Origin: the human T2T-CHM13v2.0 reference genome, Homo sapiens | Assembly: GCF_009914755.1 (NCBI RefSeq) | Contig: NC_060927.1 | Strand: one strand, 5' to 3' | Length of the DNA: 64,000 nt | Shown here: positions 44,548-56,052 of the stretch, in pieces | Numbering within the stretch: the stretch's first letter is position 1 | Layout of the letters: the number at the start of each line of letters is the position of its first letter | Made by a program: the position numbers and the translations under genes | Notes under the pieces: generated by a model | Seen by the model: only the letters and a program-made list of their open reading frames with translations | The model's database searches: none | Told to the model about the DNA's origin: nothing

Positions 44548-44580
<33 letters not shown>

Positions 44581-46272
44581 TCTCATTGTTTCAGCCCAAA
44601 ATCTACTTAAGCTGATACACAACTTCAGCAAAGTCTTAGGATACAAAATCAATGTGCAAAAATCACAAGCATTCCTGTACACCAATAATTGTCAAACAGA
44701 GAGCAAAATCATGAGTGAATGCCCATTCACAATTGCCACAAAGAGAATAAGATAACTAGGAAAATAACTTACAACAGATGTAAAGGACCTTTTCAAGGAG
44801 AACTACAAACCACTGCTCAAGGAAATAAGAGAGGACACAAACAAATGGAAAAACATTCTATGCTCATGGATACAAAGAATCAATATAGTGAAAATAGCCA
44901 TACTGCCCAAAGTAATTTACAGATTCAATGCTATTCCCATCAAGCTACCATTGACTTTCTTCACAGAATTAGAAAAAAACTATTTTAAATTTCATATGAA
45001 AATAAAAAAGAGCCCATGTAGCCAAGAAAATCCTAAGCAAAAAGAACAAAGCTGGAGGCATCACGCTGCCTGACTTCAAACTATACTACAAGGATACAGT
45101 AATGAAAACAGGATGGTACTGGTACCAAAACAGATATATACACCATGGAACAGAACGGAGGCCTCAGAAATAATGCCACACATCTACAACCATCTGATCC
45201 TTGACAAACCTGACAAAAACAACCAATGGGGAAAGGATTTCCTATTTAATAAATGGTGTTTGGAAAACTGGTTAGCCATAGGCAGAAAACTGAAACTGGA
45301 CCCCCTCCTTACAACTTATACAAAAATGAACTCAAGATGGATTAAAGACTTAAAAGTAAGACCTAAAACCATAAAAACCCTTGAAGAAAACCTCGGCATG
45401 CCATTCAGGACATAGGCATCTCAAAGACTTTATGACTAAAACACCAAAAGCATGGCAACAAAAGCCAAAATTGACAAATGGGATCTAATTAAACTAAAGA
45501 GCTTCTGCACAGCAAAAGAAACTATCATCAGAGTGAACAGGCAACCTACAGAATGGGAGAAAATTTTTGCAATCTATCCATCTGACAAAGGGCTAATATC
45601 CAGAATCTACAAGCAACTTAAACAAATTTACAAGAAACAAACAACCCAATCAAAAAGTGGGTGTAAGAACATGAATAGACACTTCTCAGAAGAAGACTTT
45701 TATGTGGTCAACAAACATATGAAAAACAGCTCATCATCACTGGTCATTAGAGAAACGCAAATCAAAACCACAGTGAGATACCATCTCACACCAGTTAGAA
45801 TGGCGATCATTAAAAATTCAGGAAACAGCAGATGCTGGAGAGGATGTGGAGAAATAGGAACGTTTTTACACTGTTGGTGGGAGTGTAAATTAGTTCAACC
45901 ACTGTGGAAGATAGTGTGGCAATTCCTCAAGGATCTAGAGCCAGAAATACCATTTGACCCAGCAATCCCATTACTGGGCATATACCCAAAGGATTGTAAA
46001 TCATTCTACTATAAAGACATATGCAAACGTATGTTTACTGGAGCACTATTCATAATAGGAAAGACTTGGAACTAACCCAAATGACCATCAATGATAGACT
46101 GGATAAAGAAAATGTGGCACATATACACCATGGAATGCTATGCAGCCATAAAAAGGATGAGTTCCTGTCCTTTTCAGGTACATGGATGAAGCTGGAAACC
46201 ATCATTCTCAGCAAAGTAACACAGGAACAGAAAACCAAACACCAGATGTTCTCACTTATAAGTGGGAATTGA
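42136..46272 (+). pseudogene. Disrupted L1 ORF2p (endonuclease/reverse transcriptase)
   Basis: Start codon mutated (ATA ACA GGA TAG); fragments [46 protein letters not shown]; many stops and an Alu insertion. Confidence 0.92.
44267..44574 (+). mobile_element. AluSp-like inserted in L1 ORF2
   Basis: CCTGACCAACATGGAGAAACCC and AAGAGTGAAACTCC diagnostics; TSD AGAAAATC at 44257-44264 and 44575-44582. Confidence 0.93.
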
Positions 46273-47475
46273 ACAAGGAGAACACATGGACACAGGGAGG
46301 AGAACATCATATACCGGAGCCTGTTAGGGGGTGGGGGATAGGAGAGGGATAGCATTAGGAGAAATGCCTAATGTAGATGATGGGTTGATGGGTGCAGCAA
46401 ACCACCATGGCATGTGTATACCTCTGTAACAAACCTGCATGTTCTGCACATGTATCCCAGAACTTAAAGTATAATTAAAAAAATGAAATATGTTTATCAA
46501 ATATTTAATGCTCTGAAATTTTTCATGTTTAAATAAAACATTTCTCCTGTCAGGTTTTATTTAAAAGCCTCAATTTAAAATATTTTAAATATAATCTTAA
46601 CTAAATTATAGTAAACTAAATATTGCTTTTGAACCATATAGAGCTTCAAAGATTTCTCTGAGAACCTACAAATGAGTTTACTAAAGAAACAGGAATCAAC
46701 TAAAAATGTCAACAAAAACACAAAAAATAATTTATTATAGAAATAAGTCAAGCCAAATAGCATTACATAAGAAAAAATGAAAAGGAGTAAATACTTTGAA
46801 CTTTTCTGATGCAGTCAACCCCTTGCCTACAGCAAATATGTCATGTTTCTTCTTAGAGGCACTCTGACGAGACCTGTGGATGTAAGGATTATCAACATAC
46901 TTTTCCATTAAGAAGAGATTGAAAAACAATTCCCAAAAGAACATAAGGAAACTAGTCTACAGCAAGCAGTGCTATTGACTGTATGTAATTTATTTGCGAA
47001 ACTAGGTTCCCCTTGCAATGTAAGATTACAGGTTTATGCCTCTTTCATGGTCATTCATTTCTGTTTGTTTTTCAACCTATTTTCCACAGCATGGTTCCAA
47101 CATTCATTTCAGATTCTACATGTAATCTACTTGAGGAAAGATTCAAACTTTCTTAAATACTGTAACAAATTTGTGAATTTTAAAAAATCAAGTATGAAAA
47201 CTAAGAAAACTAAGATATGTTTGCTGCTGGTGATTCCTTTCTCTACAATTTGCATGAGATGATTATTAATGTTAATTGGCACATTCCTTATGACAGAATA
47301 AAGCTTAATACTCCTGTCTGATACCAATTTCCTTAATGTGGATGATTTTGAGGAAGATCATTGTAGACTGAGAATATTTCTCAGTGAAAAGACACCTAGA
47401 AAATTAAGATTATAAATGCTCCAAATTATTGGAAATATTAAACAGTCATATTTTTATAGAAAGTTATTCTACTAG

Positions 47476-47790
<315 letters not shown>

Positions 47791-49526
47791 AAGAAATGGT
47801 AGCTTTTTAATCCAATAAAAGTGAATACAAAATATTCAGACTCTTTAGTGTTTTCTTTAGATTTTCATTTACTTATATTTGCTTTACCTGCCCACCCATC
47901 AGCATATATTTACTGGGCACTTATGTAATATAGGGGCACAACACATGGACTATAAAGAATACAATGAGATTGGTGCTTGATAACCTAATTATGGTGGTTA
48001 ATATCAGCATTAATTATAATACTTGGCATACCTATAATATATACATATATATATACTTATTTTGATTTACATTCAGAATTATACATAGTACAATTCATGT
48101 GTCCTTTAGTTATGGCTTAATGTTTGAATCTTTTATAAGTTTAGCAATGTTCAATATGAAACTCATTATTGGTCAGGAATAGGCAGAAAGTTGCTGATTC
48201 ACCCACCTAGCATAAAACATTAAATTTTAAAACAAAACGAATCAGAGGTTCAAAGCAGAGCAAGGTTTATATATATTTACCTTTGTGTAAAACTAACTTT
48301 TTTTAATTCATAGAGGCACAGCAAGAATTTACTTAGTCATGTCAGTGGAGTTGTGAAGTTATGTTATTTATGTAATTTTCTGAAATATCTCCATATCTCA
48401 AAATGACAATATTGCTTTCTAATTCCCTTGATTATATTTCAGACAAATTAGTGTTATAAGTCCTTTATGGCAATACCATAACTTAAAACATTATGCTTTT
48501 TACACAGTATATTCACCATTGCTTGACATCTATTTTTTTAATTGTAAGAAAAAATTCTAAAAGGGAACTTCCACAATTATATTAGTTTCCCTCAAATATA
48601 GAAAATGAAGACTTTTATAGAACTTATTTTCATAGAAGAAAGTTATAGGACAGAGGGAATATTTGTGATCTTTACTGACAGATGTGAATGAGAAGGAATA
48701 TCATCATTTTTATATAGACAAGCAACCAAGTTTAAAATATGCTTTCAAATCTCTTTCAAAGTGTAACAGTAAACTATTATGTCCTGAAGAACAATCTACA
48801 AATAACCAATACAAGAAAATTAAACTGCACAAAAATCAGAATATAGCTTTTCACTTTACAAAGCATCACTTTAAGAACAAAATTTACTACAAAGTACTTC
48901 TTGATATTAGGATACATTAAGTAAGCTTGAAATAGATATACTTAAAGAAAAACAAAAATAGTAAAATAAAATGCATCTGATGGGCGGCAGATAAAAAACA
49001 ATTGCTAATACCAGAAAAACCTCAAAGAGGGCTTAGACACATCTTACAGTGAAGTTATAGAAGAGTTTATTTTGGATGAGAGATGGCATTAATAAACACG
49101 TTGCTTTCTCTGGAATGTTTCTCATATTAAATATTCACATGATTATATATGCAATGACTGAAATTGCAAAGAGATGCCACGCCTTTTGAAAATAATTTAT
49201 AAATAATATCATACATAAATAAGTGTGCTTCTAAAATAGGTTACTTTGTTTCTTTCAGTAAATGCTGTTTGTTAAATGTTTCTTTCATGACTTGAAAAAA
49301 GTTTCTTAGCTTACTGCAAAAGTGTAATGTTATGCTACAGCTGATAGATAACGATATGATATTCTATTCATTCCAGTTTAAAATAATTTGATCTTTGAAA
49401 TGTAAATTATAAATTTAAGCAATTCACTCAATATAAAAGAATTATAATCATGAGGGTATATTCAATATACTTAATTGACTATAGTCCATATCACTGCTTA
49501 TAAACTTTCCAAGCAAATGGCTTCTA

Positions 49527-49530
<4 letters not shown>

Positions 49531-49562
<32 letters not shown>
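49531..49562. repeat. (TG)16 microsatellite
   Basis: Direct reading. Confidence 0.97.
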
Positions 49563-49564
<2 letters not shown>

Positions 49565-49595
49565 TATTTAACTTGGGACTGAACACTAGGCATAT

Positions 49596-49774
49596 ATTTA
49601 TCCTAATAAAATTATCATTTTTATTTTACTTTATAGGTTTTTGGAAGGAGCCTTCATTTATGCTAATAAAATTATCATTTTGTTATACTTTATAGGTTTT
49701 TGGAATGAACCTTCATTTATCCTAATAAAATTATCATTTTTGTTATAATTTATAGGTTTTTGGGATGAACCTTT
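49596..49774 (+). repeat. Tandem repeat, 3 copies of a 59-60-bp unit
   Basis: Units start at 49596, 49656 and 49715: ATTTATCCTAATAAAATTATCATTTT...TTTATAGGTTTTTGGAATGAACCTTC. Confidence 0.95.
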
Positions 49775-50989
49775 GGAAGCATAGCCAGGATAAAACTTTA
49801 TTGTGTTTGCATAGCAGTCAAATATTTCAAAATCTTTCTCGCAGAATCATAAAAGCATGAGAAACTTGCAGCTTAGTTTTTTTCCTTTATATGTAAGCTA
49901 TAAGGTTAATTGCTAAGATAACGAAACAAACAGATGCAGTGAAGAGTGGTAATAACAGAAAGCTTCCTAGAGATTGTCAATTTACCAAACGATTTGTAAA
50001 TTACTAAATCTTTCATTATCAAATGTATTCACCCTATGTTCTATGGCATGCTGTTTGAAAGCAGTTGCTTTTCAGTGTTTGCCCTGTTGGTATCATCCCC
50101 TCGATCACAGAAAAAAATAAAATCCTTCTGTGACTAAGAACCCTGAATGTAATTTACTTCACAGAGTTGTTTCTGGGGAAAAAATAACTTAAGACATGCA
50201 TGTGAATATTCAAAAGGGAACAATGATGCTGAAGGGTTACCGAGAAAGGAAGAACTTGAGAATACTAATAAAGGACTTTCCATTTGCATACCCTGAAAAT
50301 AACTCTGCCCAAAAGATTAGTCCAAAGTGTTATTACTTGCAGAACTCTGATTGTCATTAGCCTGGCACTGGCATCACCATTCCCATTAGTACCCAGATGG
50401 ACTGTGAGAATGGCATAAACAATTGCTCAAATGAATCTACCCACTATTGGTCTCTATCAGTCAGACCAGTGGTGCTATTAAGATAATGCCCCTCCTACTA
50501 TGGCTTCAGCTTTCACCTGGCAAAGCTCGTATGTTTCTATTTACACAAATTAAACAATGTTGAAAGAAAACAAAATTTGTATTTAAAAGACAACTTAAAG
50601 AAGAAGAAATGTGTGCTAGGATTTAAGAGTCCTGGTACTCACTTCTGGTTTCAACTCTTCCTATCTATATATCAATATCAATAACTGTATATATATACAC
50701 ATACAAGGAAACACACACATATACTCACAGAGCTATCTTAAATTTCTGAGTATCAATTTCTACAAAGCGAAGAACATACTATAATGATTTTCTACTCCTG
50801 ATCCTGTGAGAGGTGTTCATACTTATTAAAACAGGCAATAATACTATTCAAATGTAATGTGATATTTCTGTCTGGATGCATTTTGTTCTAGTTCACAAAT
50901 AAATTATCAATCGTTGTGTGCTTTTTGTGATGTATATTCTAATTAAGAAAATAAATAAACTGGTTTATCAAAACTTCTTTCCAGGACAC

Positions 50990-51290
50990 TTACTCACTAA
51001 TGAATTTATTAATTCTTTTACTAAATATTTAGTGAGTGATTTCTATTCTTCAGACATTGTGATTTGTTGTGGGCTAGAGATATTCTGTATGTGTTCCATG
51101 GAACTTACATTGCAGTTGTAGAGACTCATAATAAATAAAGTAACAAATATATGCTAACACCTCCAGTAGTGATAACTACTAATAAGAAAAATTAAGCAGA
51201 ATAAAATCATAGTTATAAGCTGGGATATTGGGGATATATATTTGAATGAATATTTATGAAAGGCATCTCTGAAGAGAAAAAATTTATACT
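50990..51290 (-). mobile_element. L2 fragment
   Basis: AAATATTTAGTGAG...CATGGAACTTACATTGCAG...GAAAGGCATCTCTGAAGAG. Confidence 0.6.
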
Positions 51291-51899
51291 CAATAAGGTT
51301 GAAGCACTTACCTCAGGTAAAACTCCAGGAAATCATAAAAGCTAAGTAAAACTCAGATATGCCAAACACTAAAATAATGTCCTAAACATTGTGTGATATT
51401 AGTCCTTAATGCAATATTTATAAAATATGAATGGTCATGTAAATATTTTAATGACAAGTTAAAGATTAAAAAAATAATATTTATATACCATTGCATTTTC
51501 CTTGCTATCCACTGATGGCCTCCTTTTTCAGATATTAAGAAAAATCTTACTTAGAATTTATATTATTATATTTTCTTGCACATTATTATAATACAAAGCA
51601 CTGACAAAATGCTTTAAATACCGTGATGCAAAATCAGTATAATCCTGTTTACAAGAAAATATGTAATATTGACAGCTTGGCTGAAAATTCAATTTAAATT
51701 TAAAGGCAACCTATACTTCTAGAAAAACAGAGACCAAAGAATTATGCTCCGAACACCTCCGATTCAAGATTCTGGGAGCCATTTAGGGAGACTACAGATG
51801 AACATTGAAGGAGTTCGCCATTCCTACTGCATATTTGGAAAGATGGTCAATAACTTTTTCAGTGTGGGGATATTTTCTTTTTCTTGCTAGGGGATAGTC

Positions 51900-52620
51900 T
51901 CTAATAATGCTTTCAAAAAAGGGTTGCAGGTCATAAGCTTTTATATTTTCCAAATTCGTAAAAAAGGTCATCATTTTGCCTCATATTACAATGATGTTTT
52001 TGTTTTGTTTTATTTATAATTTAAGGAGTCTATGTTCAAATGTACCTCCCCTTCAGCACTTTAAAGACTATTCTATTCTCCTTTTGTGCCAATAATTGAT
52101 AAAGCCACAAAGAAATGATAAATGCTACAGGTGATGAATACCCCATTTACCCTGATGTGATCATTACACATTGTATGCCTCAATCAAAATATTTCATATA
52201 CCCCCATAAATATATACACCTACTATGTACCCATAAAAATTAAACATTAAAAAATAAAAATTGATAAGAAAAGTTTGTTGTCATATGTAGGCAATCTTTC
52301 ACCTATTTCTCCCACAAATCCTCAATGCATTTCCCTGGTAACTCTTAGGATTTTGTTTTATTTGCTTGATTTGAAATTAAACTCTCATGTGGTGTACATG
52401 TATGTATATGCTGTGTGTGTGTGTGTAAAATGTATATACATATACTGATGTATATATTTGCATGTGGTTTTACTATTCTCTGTCTTCTAAGCCTGGGACA
52501 TACTTGGCTTTTTCTTATTCAAATATTAGTTTTCATCACTTCCCAATAGTGTTCCTTCTCGGACCTCTGTACAATTGATGTTGCAATTTTTAAACATCTA
52601 GTCTATGTTGATTGGGGGAA
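51900..52620 (-). mobile_element. Very old L1M fragment hosting a younger L1MA insertion
   Basis: TTCAGCACTTTAAAGACTATTCTATT...GATAAGAAAAGTTTGTTGTCA resembles antisense ancient L1; boundaries uncertain. Confidence 0.4.
52106..52258 (+). mobile_element. L1MA-type 3' terminal fragment
   Basis: GGTGATGAATACCCCATTTACCCTGATGTGATCATTACACATTGTATGCC...CCTACTATGTACCCATAAAAATTAAA; TSD AATTGATAA at 52094-52102 and 52259-52267. Confidence 0.88.
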
Positions 52621-52867
52621 ATGTTTCTCCACAATTTTGATGTTTGTTTCCATGTTGAGAAGACAAAAATTTGGAATCCTTTAACACTGCCCCAAAGAGT
52701 GACATACTTATTTGCGGGTTTTGAAAAATGTCTCTCTGTCCCATCAGCCTTTTGTTTTGACCTGTTAAGATTGATTGCTAGACTATCTTTATATATAAAG
52801 TTCATTGACAATTCCAGGAAAGAAAGCTAACATCCTTGTCCATAAGTCCAGAATTTTATTTACCCTG

Positions 52868-53226
52868 TGATGTGGTTTGGCTGTGTCCCCATGCAAATCT
52901 CATCTTGAATTGTAGTTACCATAATCTCCAGGTGTTGTGGGAGGGACCTGGTAGGTGGTAATTTAATCATGGGGAACATTACCCCCATGCTGTTCTCTTG
53001 AGAGTTAAGTTCTCATGAGATCTGATGGGCTTTTTCTCTCTTTTGATCAGCACTTCTCCTTGATGCCACCACGCAAAGAAGAACTTGCTTGTTTCCCCTT
53101 CTACCATGATTGTAAGTTCCCTGAGGCCTCTCCAGCCATGCTGAACTGTGAGTCAATTAAACCTCTTACCTTTAGATATTACCCAGTCTCAGTTTGTCTT
53201 TATTTGCAGCATGAGAATGGACTAAA
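52868..53226 (+). mobile_element. THE1D-like solo LTR (ERVL-MaLR)
   Basis: TGATGTGGTTTGGCTGTGTCCCCA...AAATCTCATCTTGAATTGTAG...GTGAGTCAATTAAACCTC...GAGAATGGACTAA; probable TSD CCCTG/CCTTG. Confidence 0.93.
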
Positions 53227-54856
53227 CCTTGCTAAGAAGCAGAAACCCCATATGCTCAGTGTCATGAAAAAGCTCATGTTACCAGTCATCAGAAAGTTTG
53301 TTCTGCCTTTCATCCAAGCTCCTAAACACTGTTTCTGCCTAATGAACAGATCTCCTTTCTCTTCACTAACTAATGTCTCTCACTACAGTGACCAACCCAA
53401 GTAACATTTGGGCTCTTTCTGCCCCCATCCTTAATCCTTGTTTCATCATCTCCACACCCAGAACCCCCTTGGTGTGGATCCTACATTCCATAGATGTAAA
53501 CCTAAGTTTTTATCTTGGCTTATGTATTTCAACAGTTTTCAGTTCTTCAATGATTACTCACAATTTCTGGCTCTTCAAGATTTCTCCTCTTTGATTACTA
53601 ATGTATCTATTTCTTTATTTTTAAAACTTTTATTTATTTCTAAGATGTGACATGAAATGGAAAGACTGCAGTGTACTCTTAGTTCACTGTCATAAAATCA
53701 GATTTATCCAGAATCATAAAGGAATATTTACTTCAACAAAACTAAAATATTTTTTCTTTTGTTTTGACAAAACAAACTGGCAAAACATACTGTATTTGGC
53801 TTTGACAAGAAAATGAACAAGACACATTCACCCATTCCATATTATAATAAAATCCAATTCTAGTACAATATTCTTCTAACAACAATATGGCAATGATTTA
53901 TATTTAACTTTAAAATAATTGTGTGTCTATCTCACATAACTTGTTCATTGTCTTTTAAAGTGTGGCAATAAACCAGGCATCTCTGTTATGTATTAAGAAT
54001 AAGATTTCATTATAAGTTTGAATAAGGCAGTAAATCAAATTAATCACCTTTAAGATGTAATTAAAAATATACCTCCAGGAAATAATAATTATTCTAAATT
54101 TTTAATATTTAAAGGGCCATCTATTTTTTTATCTTCTATTTAATGCCCTTAAGTATTTTTTTTCTCCTTGTTGCAGGAAAAAACCTGTTACTGTATTTTC
54201 CAGAAAGTCCTTTTGTTTTATACTTTCTGGTCAGATGCTGCAAATCAGAAACTTGCGCACAATTGGAAAGTGAAAAGCGAAGAAGTCACAATTCTCAGCA
54301 TGAAGCTAAGGCTAAGATCAGAAAGAGTCCTTGTAAATTACTTGCTTTTCTGTTGTAGAGAGCTGAGAAGCTCTCCAGCACAGTGTAAGCTTTCTGCCAA
54401 TGCTTGGACTCTGGGTATCCTGAAACTTCTTTCCCAGGCATTCTAACAGTTGTGTATATGTGTATATATAAATTACATTAGATGTAATGTATATAAAAAT
54501 ATTTTGACATTTTAATAAATTAAATGGATGAAAGTATACATATTTTAATGCTGAATAAAAGTTACCAGAAACATCTATGTAATGTTTTTTGTTGTGGTTT
54601 CTACAGTTTAGTTTTTTATTTGTTACAGCCATGCCATTCCTCTCTGCATGAAAATACAAGCATGACTACTTCTTTAAAGAAACTGCAACCCACAATCATG
54701 TTCCAAGGCAGCTGCAAGATCACTAAAGCAACTTTCAATGAGTAACTTTCTCCATCATTCCATGATTCATGCCACTTAGACTGAAATGTAACGCACAAAC
54801 AGATTTAATGTCAACTCTGGCGGTAACAGAGCTACTCCTGCTCCCTCAAAAATCTT

Positions 54857-55100
54857 TATATATATATATATATATATATGTTCTGGAATACTTGGTAGAA
54901 CGTGAACGTGCAGGTTTGTTACAAAGGTATACATGTGCCATGGTGGTTTACTGCACCCATCAACCCGTCATCTACATTAGGTATTTCTCCTAATGCTATC
55001 CCTCCCCTAGCCCCCCACCACCCGACAGGCCCTGGTGTGTGATGTTCCCCTCCCTGTGCCCATATGTTCTCATTGTTCAACTCCCACTTTTGAGTGAGAA
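54857..55100 (-). mobile_element. L1PA7/8-type 3' fragment with (TA)n-converted tail
   Basis: GTGCAGGTTTGTTAC...CTGCACCCATCAACCCGTCATCTACATTAGGTATTTCTCCTAATGC...GAGTGAGAAC; (TA)n at 54857-54878. Confidence 0.92.
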
Positions 55101-55668
55101 CGATATAATGCTTTTAATAAACAATGTGCAACTATAAAAAATTTGAAGCATATAGCCACAATACATCTAAGTGAATTCAAAAGTCAGGTAATTAATATAA
55201 TGACTTGTTAATAATTATGAAATTCCTATAATTTATTTTTCCTATAAGAATAGAAACAAGATTTTAAAATATTAAAAATGAGTTTTCTAAAAAAAAATCA
55301 GCATTTCAACATTGTCAAACAATAAATTAGACCTAAATTAAGGAATAATAAATGACAATCTTTTTATTTCCCCAATGCACTTGACATAAATACCATTCAA
55401 ATGTCACTAAGGAAATGAAACCAATTCAATAAAATTTTTTTTTACTTGAAATAAATGTTATAGTTGTGGCAAAATTTTAGGGGTTGAGTAATATGAAATT
55501 TTTCATATTTTTCTAAAGCCCTGAAATAAAGTATGTGAATGTTTGTGAATGTACACACACAGACACACACACACACAATGAAGAGCTGTAAATAATCTGT
55601 ATCCATTCAAGTCACTACACTGATTCTCCTTTATAAACTGCATGACTGAGTCTCCAATAACTCACTGA

Positions 55669-56008
<340 letters not shown>

Positions 56009-56052
56009 ACAACTCTTTTTAATTGATTATTGCTATGATGAATTTCACCTAA

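Larger units (their letters stand above)
39726..46483 (+). mobile_element. Near full-length LINE-1, L1PA7-like (5'UTR, ORF1, ORF2, 3'UTR, A tail); inactive
   Basis: 5'UTR AGATGGCCAAATAGGAATAGCTCTGGTCTGCAGCTC; ORF1/ORF2 peptide fragments; 3' end GTTCTGCACATGTATCCCAGAACTTAAAGTATAAT-A tail. Confidence 0.97.

Noticed and set aside
45452-46075. 207-aa ORF with Cys-rich motif
   Set aside because: C-terminal fragment of dead L1 ORF2p
49596-49774. Tandem repeat considered as a CRISPR-like array
   Set aside because: Head-to-tail units with no unique spacers, no cas genes, eukaryotic context
51304-51320. Back-to-back splice donors TTACCTCAGGTAA (also a minus-strand donor at ~25776)
   Set aside because: Isolated donor-like motifs at chance frequency with no supportable exon
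53015-53404. 129-aa ORF
   Set aside because: Starts inside the THE1 LTR and runs into unique DNA; no coding evidence
54160-54450. Possible ancient ERVL LTR remnant
   Set aside because: Similarity too weak to name or bound by eye
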